Assembly (NCBI RefSeq): GCF_009914755.1
Contig: NC_060928.1
Reading direction: 5' to 3' (one strand)
Origin: the human T2T-CHM13v2.0 reference genome, Homo sapiens
Length of the DNA stretch: 64,000 nt
Shown here: positions 28,686 to 43,172 of the stretch, one piece after another
Layout of the letters: every line of letters starts with the position of its first letter
How positions within the stretch are numbered: position 1 is the stretch's first letter
Position numbers and translations under genes: made by a program
The notes under the pieces: generated by a model
The model's input: the letters and a program-made list of their open reading frames with translations, nothing else
Database searches by the model: none
What the model was told of the DNA's origin: nothing

Positions 28686-29097
28686 CCTTTTTCTCCCCCA
28701 CTGTAATCTTTAGAGTCACTAGGATTGCATCAATTCTATTTGTGAAAACCCCCTCAGTAACTAAATAAATTAGGTCAGACCAATCTGGACTTCCAAAGGA
28801 TTTAGTGTAATTTCTCTAACAGAATAACTAAATCTGGAGGACAATGACCAAATTTAGAAGAAAAAGGCTGAAAGTTGAAATTCCACTTGTACATGTAGCC
28901 TAATTACAATTCCTAATTCCGCTTGTACTTGTAGCCTAAGTACAAGTAGATGTTGTAAAAGGTTATTAGCTTCATAGTAGATTTAAATTGCACATACTAC
29001 AATCCAGGAATGAAGAAATATTCTTTTTTAAACAAGTTAAACTTTACTTGCTCTCAAGCCCCCATTTCTGTTTGGTAGCAGAAAAATAACAAACTTA

Positions 29098-29471
<374 letters not shown>

Positions 29472-29703
29472 ATTTAGACATTGTAATCTTTAAACTGTTC
29501 CCTAGCATAACCTCTGGGTGCAGATGCAGGACTTGTTACACATAGAAAAGGCATAACTAAACAGTAAACTAGTCACTCTATGGTGTGGGGTGAATATCTT
29601 TCTGCAAAGTACTCCAAGAGTTGAGAGATGCAATTCTGGATCTTTTTGGGGGAATGGCTCCTCATTTGAGCAGGTAGTGACATGAAAATGGCTCCTATCT
29701 CTA

Positions 29704-30066
<363 letters not shown>

Positions 30067-30740
30067 TTAGGGGAAAAGAAAACAAAAGCCAAGTCTTTAT
30101 TCCTAATACAGGAAACAAGACTATCTGTATCTTTTAATTTACTTTTTCCATTGAGCAAATATTTAATCATATCAATAGTCTGCTACGTATTTAGTAGGTA
30201 CTCTTGGGGAGATACAAAGGAATTATACGATAGTCTCACCTTTAAAAATATTCACAATCTTCTTGAGATTTGACAACTAAGAAAAAAATAATTTAAAGTG
30301 GAGTGAAGTGGGGCTCTTTATCTTTTGATTTTCTCCTTGACACAATGGCTAAGAGTTTTCTGATCAAAGAAGCCGACTCCTTTGGCCTTAAATTAGGCTA
30401 ATGTACAAAGATGAACATATAATTAATTATGTTAAACCAGCAAGTCTACTTTTTCACCAATTCAATACCATCCTATAGTTTCTATTTTACTTGGCAAGGA
30501 ATTTTCTAGCCCTGTGGTGATGGTAAAATATTCAACAAGAAGAATTTGCAAGTCAAATTTAGAAAATACCCTCTTCAGTTCAGGCCAACATCATAGCATA
30601 TACACTCAAGTATAATAAAAGAAGTTAAAAAAAGTTTGAGCCTTCACATTTCATTCAATATATAAACATGTATATTGAGTCAATTCTCTATTAGAAACAT
30701 TTAAATAGTTTCAATCTTTTATTTTTGTTTTATGCTATTA

Positions 30741-31069
30741 TAGTACTGCAACCTTTTTTCCAAGGTTCTGCAATACAAAAAGCTCTGAAAACTTTTGTAA
30801 CCCATTTTGTGGTAAAAGCTGAATGGACGTGAACTTATTTAGCAATAAAACCTACAAAGTTATTAAGCTACTTATGATCTTCACTTAGCTGACTTCACAT
30901 GAATATATGTTTCACTGCAGAATTATTTTATTGTAGGGTGTTGTTCCAGTACCTACTGGGGGTGTTATACAATATACAGCATATGCAATATTATCTTTTT
31001 TAAATATGAGAAGTTCTGAATTCTGAAACACATATGCCCCAGAGTTTTGAATATGGGACTTTGGAACTG
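30741..31069. mobile_element. MER46C-like Tigger-derived element
   Basis: aaaagctctgaaaac ... ttctgaattctgaaacacat..cccagagtttt..ggaactg|ta. Confidence 0.5.
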
Positions 31070-31894
31070 TAGGCATTGCAACAAATATCCTTAACATTTT
31101 TGTTTTGTCAGGATAAATGTATATCGTGTATACATATCAAGTCAAATTATCTGGGTTTGAATCCTTGTTCTGTCATTTATTAGCTGTAGCTATACTTAAA
31201 TTTTTTCATCAGTAAAATGGGGATAAGATTTCGAATTATTCTAGGGATTAAATGAGGTAACATATGCAAAACACTTAAAATGTCTGGCAATTAGTAAGCA
31301 TTTAATACATGTCAGCTATAATTATGATAACATAAGAGTGCACCAATTTATAACCAATTTATCTTTCTAACAACAGTGCATCCATTTCCCTATGCTTTTG
31401 TCTACATTTGGTATTATCATTTTTGTCTATTGTGACAGGCCAAAAAACAAAGAGAGAGAGATCCCATTGTTTTGCTTACATTTCTTTGATTTCCAGCGAT
31501 GTTGAAAATATTTTCCTAATTTCATGAACCATTAGTATTTTTACGCTCTTTTTCTTGAGTGTCACAATTTTATAAAGATCTTCCCTATTACAATATTTAC
31601 ATTTCCTATTACAATATTTACATCTTCCTGTATTTTTTCTTAGTATTTGCAAGCCTGTTTGTTACTGTCTTTCCTTCCTTTCTTCCTTTTCAGAGTTTAA
31701 TCCTTTTAGGATTAATTTTCGTATACGACTTTAAAAATATCCTATAGAGTTAGCCAGTTGCCCCAGTACCAGTTAAATACCAGTTACTGAATAATTCATC
31801 TTTTCTCCACTGATTAAAAACTCCATTTTTATTGCATACTAAATTACTGGTATTCTTCTAGATATTATATATTAATCCTTTGATTGATCTATTA

Positions 31895-32322
<428 letters not shown>

Positions 32323-32629
32323 TGATACACATTTATTCTCCCACATGAAAATCAGAATGCATTGGCAAAGTTTTCAACAAAACTGCCTGGGGATTTTGAT
32401 TGGAATTAACTTGAGGAAAACTAGCATATTCCATATTGAGTCTTCTCATTTATTCAAGAACATAAAATGTCATTTCTTCATAAACTTTATGTATGTTTCA
32501 TAAACTTTAAAGTCCTTTTTAATAGCTATAGCTGATTAACAAGTTCTGAAATAAGCATGCCCTTTTAATTTTTAGCAAATGGAAAACTAAATTGATTAAC
32601 ATGTGAATACCTTTATTTGTACTAGGTAG

Positions 32630-33010
32630 TTGTGAGGGACTGAATGTTTGTGTCGACCCCCGACCCTCGGCAAAATTCGTATGTTCAAGCCCTCACCCAC
32701 AATGTGATACTTGGAAATGAGGGGGAGGTAATTAGGGTTAGTTGGGATTTCATGTTGGGAGTTAGTGCCTTTATGAGAGACACCAGAGAGCTTGCTCTCT
32801 CTCCATGCTCACACAAAGAAGAGGTCATGTGAGCACAGAGTAAGAAGGTGGCAGTCTGCAACCCAAGAGGAGAGCCTTCATCAGAAACCAACCATGCCGA
32901 TGCCCAGATCTTGGACTTCTAGCCTCCAGAACTGTGAGAAATAAATTTCTGTTGTTTAAGCCACCCTGTCTGTGATACTGCAATATGGAAGTCCAAGCAG
33001 ACAAATACAG
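32630..33010 (+). mobile_element. MLT1A/B-type MaLR LTR
   Basis: ggactgaatgtttgtgtc ... cagcc/tagcctccagaactgtgagaaataaatttctgttgtttaagccacc. Confidence 0.75.
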
Positions 33011-33234
33011 TAATATATTTGTTACTTAGTGTGTCCCCAGACTCTGGGTTACTCCAGGCTTCACAAGTTAATTATAGCCCAAGGAAATAGGAGAACTGAA
33101 ACAGCAAATATGGCAATAGAAAGGGCTATTTTGTTTGTAAAGTGCATTTTACTGTATTGCTTTGCATAAGGATTCAGAAAAAATAAAGGATTCTAAGTCA
33201 CCTTTTTCCCTCATTCAAAATGAAAACCTCTCTG

Positions 33235-33492
33235 TTTTTATTTATTTTTTGAGACAAGGTGTCTATCACCCATGCTGCAGTACAGTGGCATGATTTTAGC
33301 TCACTGCAGCCTTGAGCTCCCGGTCTCAAGTGATTCTCCTGCCTTACCCTCTTGAGTAGCTGGGACTACCAGCTCCTGCCACCATGCCCAGCTAATTTTT
33401 ATTTTTAAATTTTGTGTAGAGATGGAGTCTTGCTCTGTTGGCCAAGCTGGTCTTAGACTCCTGGCATCGAGCAATCCTCCTGCCTTGGCCTG
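33235..33492 (-). mobile_element. Alu (AluJ-like, partial)
   Basis: Diverged antisense Alu. Confidence 0.8.
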
Positions 33493-33705
33493 AAAATAGT
33501 TTCTGGGCTCCACATTTCTAGAAATGCTGGTTTCCCTATTTTATTGCATAGAAGAATGCCAATGAGAAAACTGTTATTGATGTTTAGTGACCACGTTACC
33601 ATTTGGGCATATTTGGAAGTGGTAACATGGAAGTACAATGTAGTCATTCCTTATACTTGTGGAACACTTTACTAAATACATTTATATATATATATATATA
33701 TATAT

Positions 33706-35207
33706 TTTTTAGTATTTATTGATCATTCTTGGGTGTTTCTCGGAGAGGGAGATTTGGCAGGGTCATAGGACAATAGTGGAGGGAAGGTCAGCAGATAAAC
33801 ATGTGAACAAGGGTCTCTGGTTTTCCTAGGCAGAGGACCCTGCGGCCTTCCACAGTGTTTGTGTCCCTGGGTACTTGAGATTAGGGAGTGGTGATGACTC
33901 TTAACGAGCATGCTGCCTTCAAGCATCTGTTTAACAAAGCACATCTTGCACCGCCCTTAATCCATTTAACCCTGAGTGGACACAGCACATGTTTCAGAGA
34001 GCACGGGGTTGGGGGTAAGGTTATAGATTAACAGCATCCCAAGGCAGAAGAATTTTTCTTAGTACAGAACAAAATGGAGTCTCCTATGTCTACTTCTTTC
34101 TACACAGACACAGTAACAATCCCACCCCTCTTTCCTTTCTCCACATTTCCCCCCTTCTATTTGACAAAACCGCCATCGTCATCATGGCCCGCTCTCAATA
34201 AGCTGTTGGGCATGCCTCCCAGACGGGGTGGCGGCCGGGCAGAGGGGCTCCTCACTTCCCAGACGGGGTGGCCGGGCAGAGGCGCCCCCCACCTCCCGGA
34301 CGGGGCGGCTGCTGGGTGGGGGCTGCCCCCCACCTCCCTCCCAGACGGGGCGGCTGGCTGGGCGGGGGCTGCCCCCCACCTCCCTCCCGGAAGGGGCGGC
34401 TGGCCGGGCGGGGGCTGCCCCCCACCTCCTGGACGGGGCGGCTGCCAGGCGGAGACGCTCCTCACTTCCCGGATGGGGCGGCTGCCGGGCGGAGGGGCTC
34501 CTCACTTCTCAGACGGGGCAGCCGGGCAGAGACGCTCCTCACCTCCCAGACGGGGTGGCGGTCGGGCAGAGACACTCCTCAGATCCCAAACGGGGTTGCG
34601 GCCGGGAAGAGGCACTCCTCACATCCCAGACGGGGCGGCGGGACAGAGGCGCTCCCCACATCTCAGACGATGGGCGGCCGGGCAGAGACGCTCCTCACTT
34701 CCCAGACTGGGTGGCCGGGCAGAGGGGCTCCTCACATCCCAGACGACGGGCGGTCAGGCAGAGACGCTCCTCACTTCCCAGACGGGGTGGTGGCCGCGCA
34801 GAGGCTGCAATCTCGGCACTTTGGGAGGCCAAGGCAGGAGGCTGGGAGGTGGAGGTTGTAGCGAGCCGAGATCACGCCACTGCACTCCAGGCTGGGCAAG
34901 ATTGAGCACTGAGTGAGCCAGACTCCGTCTGCAATCCCGGCACCTCGGGAGGCCCAGGCGGGCAGACCACTCGCGGTCAGGAGCTGGAGACCAGCCAGGC
35001 CAACATGGCGAAACCCCGTCTCCACCAAAAAATACAAAAACCAGTCAGGCGTGGCGGCGCGCGCCTGCAATCCCAGGCACTCGGCAGGCTGAGGCAGGAG
35101 AATCAGGCAGGGAGGCTGCAGTGAGCCGAGGTGGCGGCAGTACAGTCCAGCCTCGGCTGGGCATCAGAGGGAGACCGTGGAAAGTGGAAGACGGGAGAGG
35201 GGGAGGG
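33706..35207 (-). mobile_element. SVA retrotransposon, older subfamily (SVA_A/B-like)
   Basis: SINE-R end AAGAATGATCAATAAATACT, GC-rich VNTR ~34215-34790, Alu-like region, short hexamer head; TSD atttatattttt at 35208-35219. Confidence 0.93.
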
Positions 35208-36261
35208 ATTTATATTTTTGTATGCAAAATTTTCTTTCAGTCTCATTCTATGAATGGAGTAAACTCAGATTCAGAGAAATATACGTCTATCACAAGTTAG
35301 CAGAGAACTACAGTTTGATTTGACTTATTCCACTGAATGAAACTTTTTCTGAGAATGTATTGTATGCACACTATGGTCCCCACCCTAGGTCTTTCTGTGC
35401 TGTGGTGGTCGGATTTTCTCTTAGCTTCTTGACAGACTCAAGCCATACTGTACTTACTTAGCTCAGGCTAGATCTAAGGATCTAGCCTACCACTGGAGTC
35501 TGAAACCACAGCCAGATGTGTAGTGCTGCCTCTCCTAAGGTGCAAACCTCTCTCTGCCAGTCCCTACCAAACTGGAGCCCCTACTGGACCAGAATTGAAA
35601 AGGGTGTCTCTTAACAGCTGAGGTATTTGCTTGGAAAGCTCTCCTTCAACCCTCTCTTTCCTCTTTTCCCCATTCTGGTTAATCTGCTTTGTATACAGTG
35701 AAAAGAAGGTTTGAGATTTGATCTCAGGTCCAAATGGGAAGCCAGGCAGGCCACATGAAACTCATAGGCCTTAATTTACTCATTGTCCTACTTTATCCTG
35801 AACTAAACCTTTCACTAGTAGTTAAGTGGCCATTGGAAGTGAAATGATGTCCCAAATTCAACATAAGACTTGCTCTTGATGAAGTAGAAGGAAGCAAAAA
35901 CATTGTTGAAACAGTAGGGATTTGCAAGGCAAGAATAATGAAAATAATGCCACATTAAATTGAAAAACAGGCAAACTAAAGTTGTGTTTTGAAAAGACAA
36001 GTAATATTTAGTTCTAACTTTGTAATGATTGTGTACGTAGAAGATAAATCAGGAGCAAGATATGCAGCAGTGATTGTCATCTGAGGAAAAGTTAATTTCT
36101 AAAATTTTTATTCAAAAATTGCTTATATGTCTTCTAAACTACAAAAGAGTGCACAGTAACAACTTATCTTTGAATTTAAATCTGTGGGCATTTTAAATTC
36201 TTATTTATAATAGCTTTGTCTTATTTTTTTTAATTAATTTTACTTTTTTTGATTAATTTTA

Positions 36262-36545
36262 CTTTTTTTTTGGTCTCACTCAGTCACCAAGGCTGGAATG
36301 TGGTAGCACCATCACTGCTTGCTGCAGCCTCAACTCCTGGGCTCAAGCAATCCTCCCACCTCAGTCTCCCAAGTAGCTGGGACAACAGGCACGTGCCACT
36401 GCATCTCGCTAATTTTCTTATTTTCTGTAGACATGGGGTCTCCCTATGTTGCCCAGGCTGGTCTTTAACTCTTGGGCTCAAGTGATTCTCCTGCCTTGGT
36501 CTCCCAAAGTGCTGGAATTACAGATGTGCGCCACCATGCCCAGCC
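36262..36545 (-). mobile_element. Alu (AluJ-like)
   Basis: Diverged antisense Alu; ttgtcttatt on both flanks. Confidence 0.85.
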
Positions 36546-38354
36546 TTGTCTTATTATATTATCTTTAGATACATTATGCCTCAGAAATATTTATGGATCA
36601 TGGAATGGATCATGTCATATAGGAGAAAAAAAAGAGATTGCTTTCAGTACTTTGGAAATATTGAACTTATTTTAAATATTTTCGAAAGAACTACGAACCT
36701 CTGTGATTGACTGGTACAGAATTACCAAATCTGATGGCGTCCCAGTATTTCACTAGTGATAGTGTTCTCAGAAGAGCTCTTATGAATAGTGCTACCAGCA
36801 TGGATCCAGCATATTTTCTTTGCCCTCAGTCCCCTAAACTCAAGGGTAGAAAATAATACAATTTTCCTTCATAGAGTATAGATAAGAAGCATTGTGGTAC
36901 ATAGAGGAATACAGGACTAGGTGACAGGGAACAGCTGCATTTTAGTTTTGGCTCTGAGATATTTTTAACCAAATCATTTCATCTTTCTAGGTTTTAATTT
37001 CCTCATCTATAAAAATGGAGATAACAATTCTTTTATCATTGAATATCTGGAATGATTAAATAAAACAGACCACAAAAAAAGAAAAAAATTATTGAGGAGC
37101 CAATATATGCCAAGTACTATAGTTAAAGTGGAACTCCTAAGAGCTCCATTAGACCCATGATTGTACCAAATTACAATTTTAAATCAAATCATTAATAAAA
37201 TGCTTTCAAGTAATCCTTATTTCACTCTAAAAGAAACTTTAATTTTAATACATTTTAAGGCTTACTATTACCAACTCTCAAAAGCAGAATAAATCAACAG
37301 TTGAAAAATAAAAATGCTTCCTAAAGATATTTCCTTCCAAATGTGTCATCTGTTGGCAGACTAATAATTCATAGTAAAAATAATCTGTATGTTTTACATT
37401 TTTATAAAATATTTTTCAAAGGGGATACTAAATTGAGTGTAATAAGTTAAATAAGCAAACTAGCTAAAATTTAACAATGGAAAAGTCTCAAATTATTGTT
37501 ACAATATTCTACTATCTAAAGACTACTTTATAGATGGAAATCAATTAATTCCATACAATATTTTAAAACATTCTATAGATAAAACTTCCTCAAACAGAAT
37601 TTTAATCCAAAGTGTTACCCATCAAATTTGGGGGAAAAAAGGATTACATACATCAAAATATGCTAAAAGGACATTTAGTTTTACCTGAAAATAAAATTCA
37701 GTAAAATCCAAAAAATAATTACATATTATAGATTAAAAACTTGAGCTGTTAAAATTAGAAAAATATCTAGGCATAACTATTACACTATAAATATCACAAG
37801 AATTTAATAAATGTTTCAATAATATATTTTTCTATTAAACACAAATATACATACAAATATTTAGGAAGAATCCATAGCTTCTAGTTACAGATGACAAACC
37901 TGATAGGGTCACAGCTTTTCATTTGACCTGATATACAAATAACTTGAAAGTAGTAAGACTCATATTTTTAATCATTTTGGTATATAGTTAAGTCAGATTT
38001 TATTTTCAGCAGGTTTCCGTAATTTCTTATTAGAAAGGTCAGCTAGTTATTTGAAAAATAATTTAAAATTACTTTATCTTTGATATTTAAGTCTAGTTAG
38101 AATACATATGGCATATATATATATATCTTTATAAAAATAAACTATTGCTAGATTTTTTTCTGAGATTAGGTAGATAAATTAAAATATTCTAGAACATAAT
38201 CTGAACTTAAAAAAACAAAATAGAAATCACCAATTCAATGTGTAAATATAGCAGAAGAGTTCCTTTTATGTTTGACATATTGACCATGTGTCTAGTATAG
38301 CCCTTTGAAATACTTTTACTCCCTAAAACCTTGTTAAATAGAAATTTGTACTTT

Positions 38355-38360
38355 TTTATT
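38355..38360 (-). terminator. Candidate TIGD4 polyadenylation signal AATAAA
   Basis: AATAAA ~176 nt after the stop codon; AT-rich context so others are possible. Confidence 0.35.
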
Positions 38361-38535
38361 CAATCATTATTTACTAGGGAGTTTTGCTATTCAAACCAAA
38401 GGTTTTTGCAATTAAACCAAGGATTAGCAGTTTTCCATTTTTTATGTTTAAGTGGTGTGGTACAACTCCTTTACATACCTTATATAATAAAATGTATCAG
38501 GAAAAGCTATTACTCTTTAGATGTACAATACATAG

Positions 38536-40074
38536 TTACTTAGGTGATAAAGAGTTAATAAAATTTTCAAGGTCTGCTAAAGAATTTTGAAGTCCGTCAT
38601 TCATATCTTGACTTCTGAGAAATTTTTTCAGAGTATCTAAAGCAGTTATTGCCTCAGATTTTGATGGTAAAGGGAGTTCAGTTCCTGGAGATCCATCATC
38701 ATCCTCTTCATCAGAAGTGTAAAATCCAGTTTCATCCGATTTACTTTCTTTGGTGCATATGGAATCACCATTTGGTGCTGCTTCACATGTCTCCAAATCA
38801 TCATCCAGGGCAGCATATTCTTCTATAGATAAACCTTCAGGAAATTCTACTCCTGCCCCCAGAGCATCAGCAACCAAATCCAGACCAGTATCCTTCTCTG
38901 CATTTGTTATGTCACTTTCTCCCTTTTGAGATTTGAATCCTGCCTCTTCATAGCTTTTAACAATAGTCTCTGGGGTTACAGCCCTCCAGCAAAGATGCAA
39001 TGTATCAACTGCATCTAGTAGTGAAAATGTAAATTCTTTGCTACCTTCAACAGAGCTTAAAAATTTCTTGATAAGACAGTGTCGATATTTGATTTTAAGG
39101 CTTTTAATAACACCTTGTTTCATAGCTATACATTTGGAAGATAAACATGATGGAAAGAATGCTAACTCAATGGATTTTAGGTTCTTTACCTCTGGATGTG
39201 CTGGAAAAGACTCAACAAAAATCACCACTCTTCGTTGCTGGGCTTGAAATTCCTCATCAAGCTTTCGCATCCATTGTTCAAATACATCGGAGGTCATCCA
39301 TGCCATTCTGTTAGCTTCATAACACACAGGCAATGATTTTAAACCTTTGAAACAATGTGGAGTTCTCTTTTTTCCAATGACAAGCAAAGGAAGTTTCTCT
39401 GAGCCATCCATGTTTGTGCCAACCACCAGAGTTATTCTGTCTTTGCATAACTTTCCAACTGAACATGTTTCGCCTTTAAATGCAAATGTATTGGTAGGTA
39501 ACATTCGATAAAGCAGCCCAGTCTCTTTTATATTAAAAACATTTTTAGGATGATAATCATTTAAATAATAAGGAAGTACATTTTGGTACCAGACAGTCGA
39601 AGGGTCTACTGGTACACCTGTAGCTTCTACAGGTTGAGCTCTGAATACTAAACCATACCTGGATTTAAAACGATCCAGCCAACCATTACTGCACTTAAAA
39701 TCATTATGGCCCAGTTTCTGGGCAAAATCATTAGCTTTTAGACGTAACATCGGACCATTAACTGGTACATTTAGACACTGAGCAATTCGATACCATCTCA
39801 TTAATGCCTCTTCCAGATCTGTGTAAAAAGCAGTTCTCAGTCTTTTTCTCTTTGGATCAAATCTTAGAGATTCAAAGGCTTCTAGAACTTTGTCTTTATT
39901 CTTCATAATAGAAGACAATGAATTTTTCTTTATTCCATATTCAGCAGCAATCTCTGCTTTTTTCTTGCCACTTTCCACTGCATTTATGATGTCGATCTTT
40001 TCCTCAATGGATAGGCTTTTCTTTTTCTTCACTGTTACAGGCAGAGTTGAGGCATCCACAGAAGCTTCTGCCAT
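38536..40074 (-). CDS. TIGD4: Tigger transposable element-derived protein 4 (CENP-B-type HTH domains plus degenerate DDE_1 domain)
   Basis: Intact 512-aa ORF, strong Kozak gagATGG, motifs [40 protein letters not shown]; recognised protein sequence. Confidence 0.96.
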
Positions 40075-40612
40075 CTCAGCCAGTGCTTATGTAGAGATTA
40101 CTCTTCTTAACTTCCTGGTGACTGTTTCTTTAATTAAATTTGTTTTCCAGTATAATATAGATTGCTGCTTTCTATCCTACTTTATACACTAAAAGTTGGT
40201 GTCTAATAGTCTTATTTTGTAGGAACTTGATGACAAAATATGCTTTTTCAAAGATCTGAAGAAAAATATTATATGCAACTAGAATATTTTAGAAGAGAAA
40301 CTTCCTTCCTAGTACCTTGTATAGCTCAGTTTATAGCTTATTCAGAGTTGTAGAAGTCAAGCTAAAATAGAAATCTCATTATATAAAACCTGTCCAGTCC
40401 TGCTGATGTATTTTTGGAACTTCAATCCTTTAAGATGATCCATTTTATCCATGCACACATTCAACCTCCTATTAATTCTCCATAGAAGGCCTCAGAGATA
40501 AGAAAAAACGTTCAAAAGTTTTCATGCAACTATTACCCATTAATTTTCAAGTTTGTTCATGGTAAAGAAGAAAATGGTAGAATCCTTCTAGAACTTGCCA
40601 GTATATCTTCTT
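40075..40612 (-). other. TIGD4: Probable 5'UTR portion of the TIGD4 coding exon
   Basis: Acceptor ttttaatttttcaaacaacag at 40613; second acceptor atttttcttcag at 40256. Confidence 0.5.
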
Positions 40613-41719
40613 CTGTTGTTTGAAAAATTAAAAAAAAAGCAATTTTAGCGATATGTCAATTGAATATTAAAATAATGCTTATACCCAATTATTATGTTCT
40701 TAATAATGAAAATAATAGAAGCATGGTTCTGAAAATACAATAAAGTTTCCAAGAGAAATGCTTACCTCCCAAAGGCCTCTCTGTAAAAGCTCTCTAGTTC
40801 TGTTCTACAGATTTGAATTCTCACTTGCCTTTGAATGCTTTATAATATATAGTTCTGAAATAAATCAGATAAATTTAATCTATTTTGAAAATGTGGGCTT
40901 ACCAAAATTAAAGAACTAAAAATGATGCTGGATAGATGCTTGGTGGCTATTTTTCACATGAGGTCACAGACTGCACCCTCTAACTTCTCCAAAAGAAAAC
41001 ATACTCAGACAGTAGTCACAAGGTTCAACTTTTAATAGCATATGGGAGACAGTGTCTCTTTTATAGGAGTCTGACAGAAAATGCTTCCCTAAAAAATCAA
41101 GTGACAATTCTATTTAAAAAAAATCTAAATCCCATTCGACCTAAAAGCTTAAAAACCCAATACCTTTTTATTTTTATGATTTAAAATTTTTCTCTCTTTT
41201 TTCTTTTTTAACCCTTATCCTGTTAGTAGGCTAAGAACTCAGTAACTTTTGTATTAATTTGACACATTAGCTGAAGGTACAGAGGCCAGAAATACTGGAC
41301 AAAAGGCATAGAAACAAACAATTAGGAGAGTATAATGCAGAAAAAGATGTAGACTAAGAACAGGAAGGATAGTGACCACAAGTCTTAACGTCTCAGGTCT
41401 TCTACTTTCTATCTGTAAAAAAAAAAAGGTGCCAGGCAGTTCTGAATTGAGAAGTGACTCTGCTATTTAGTACTCATGTGATCCCAGGTAATTTACTTAA
41501 CCATATGAAGCTTCAGCTTCCTTATCTGTAAAATGGGAGTAACTACAGCACCTATCTCATTATTGTGCATTCAAAAAGATTCAATGAAAGAGTGTAAAGC
41601 ACGTAGCACAGTATTTAGTACTTTAAGAAAGTGCTCAACAAATAGGTGGTGATGATCTCATCATCATTATCTCTCTCATGTCTTTTGGCTGTGTGAATCT
41701 ACAATTTGGAAAACTATAA

Positions 41720-42216
<497 letters not shown>

Positions 42217-43044
42217 TGATGAGCAGTGTTACTTCTGTGTGAGTGTGGGCACTCCATTCTTCTTGCTGGGCTTCCTGGTTTCCCAGGTGATGCACAACTT
42301 TTTGCACAAAATCTTTTGACAAAACTTTTGCCAAAATTCTTCTGCCCTTGTTGTCCAACTCAAAGGAGGAATTTTTATCATAGGAATTACAACCAGTAAA
42401 GGAATTCTTTTTTTAAAAAAGTGTCATTTCGAAAAAAGTCTTAAAAATAATGATAGCCCAGGGTTTTAGTTTTTAAATGGTTTTACTACCTGTATTCCAA
42501 ATAACTAAGGAGGAAGGTAAAACTGGATTTCATTGGTCCCACAGTTACAATGTGGTTAAGAGCAGTCCAGAATCCAGGCTTCTAAATGTCAAGTCAGCAT
42601 TCTTTACAACTATATTACAGTATCTTTGAATCACACTGGTGGGACCTCCTGTGACCATAGTTACGGATTCTATGCTCCCAGCACCAACCTAAGCCAGCAT
42701 TTCCAATGCCTTAAAAAAAAAAAAAAAAAAAAAAAAGCAACATTAGGCCTCCATGGAAGAATAGGCCATTATGAATTCTGTGAACACAAATAGCAACTCT
42801 ATCTGTCAGCGAGGGCAAACCTAAGTAATAAGATTTGACCATACAACTAACATTAAAAAAATCTTGCTTGTATATGGGATCTCTTCTTATATTTTCCTAC
42901 AATTTCCTATAAATATGCAATTATTTCAAAATAAAAATAAAATTCTTGCTCTTATTAGGAAGATACCAACCTTCAGAAATTGACATAGCAAAAACTAATT
43001 TTTCAAAGACAAAACCAACCAAATTTACTATGAGAATCTCTCAA

Positions 43045-43172
43045 CTTCGTCCTTCCTTCTTTCCTTCCTCTTTTCTTTCCTTCCCTTTTTTCTTTCCTTC
43101 CTTCCCTTCCTTCCTCCCTCTCCCAATCCCTCCCTCTCTTCCTCCCTCCCTTCCTTCCTCTCTCCCTCCTGC
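43045..43172. repeat. (CCTT/CCCT)n polypyrimidine tract
   Basis: Almost pure C/T for ~125 bp. Confidence 0.9.

Noticed and set aside
31584-31623. 21-bp tandem duplication cctattacaatatttacat
   Set aside because: Ordinary slippage duplication with no further structure
34074-34916. Overlapping 197-280-aa ORFs
   Set aside because: Stop-poor GC-rich SVA VNTR, open in several frames; not genes
38536-40074. Autonomous Tigger transposon
   Set aside because: No flanking terminal inverted repeats seen; catalytic residues substituted; host-type promoter
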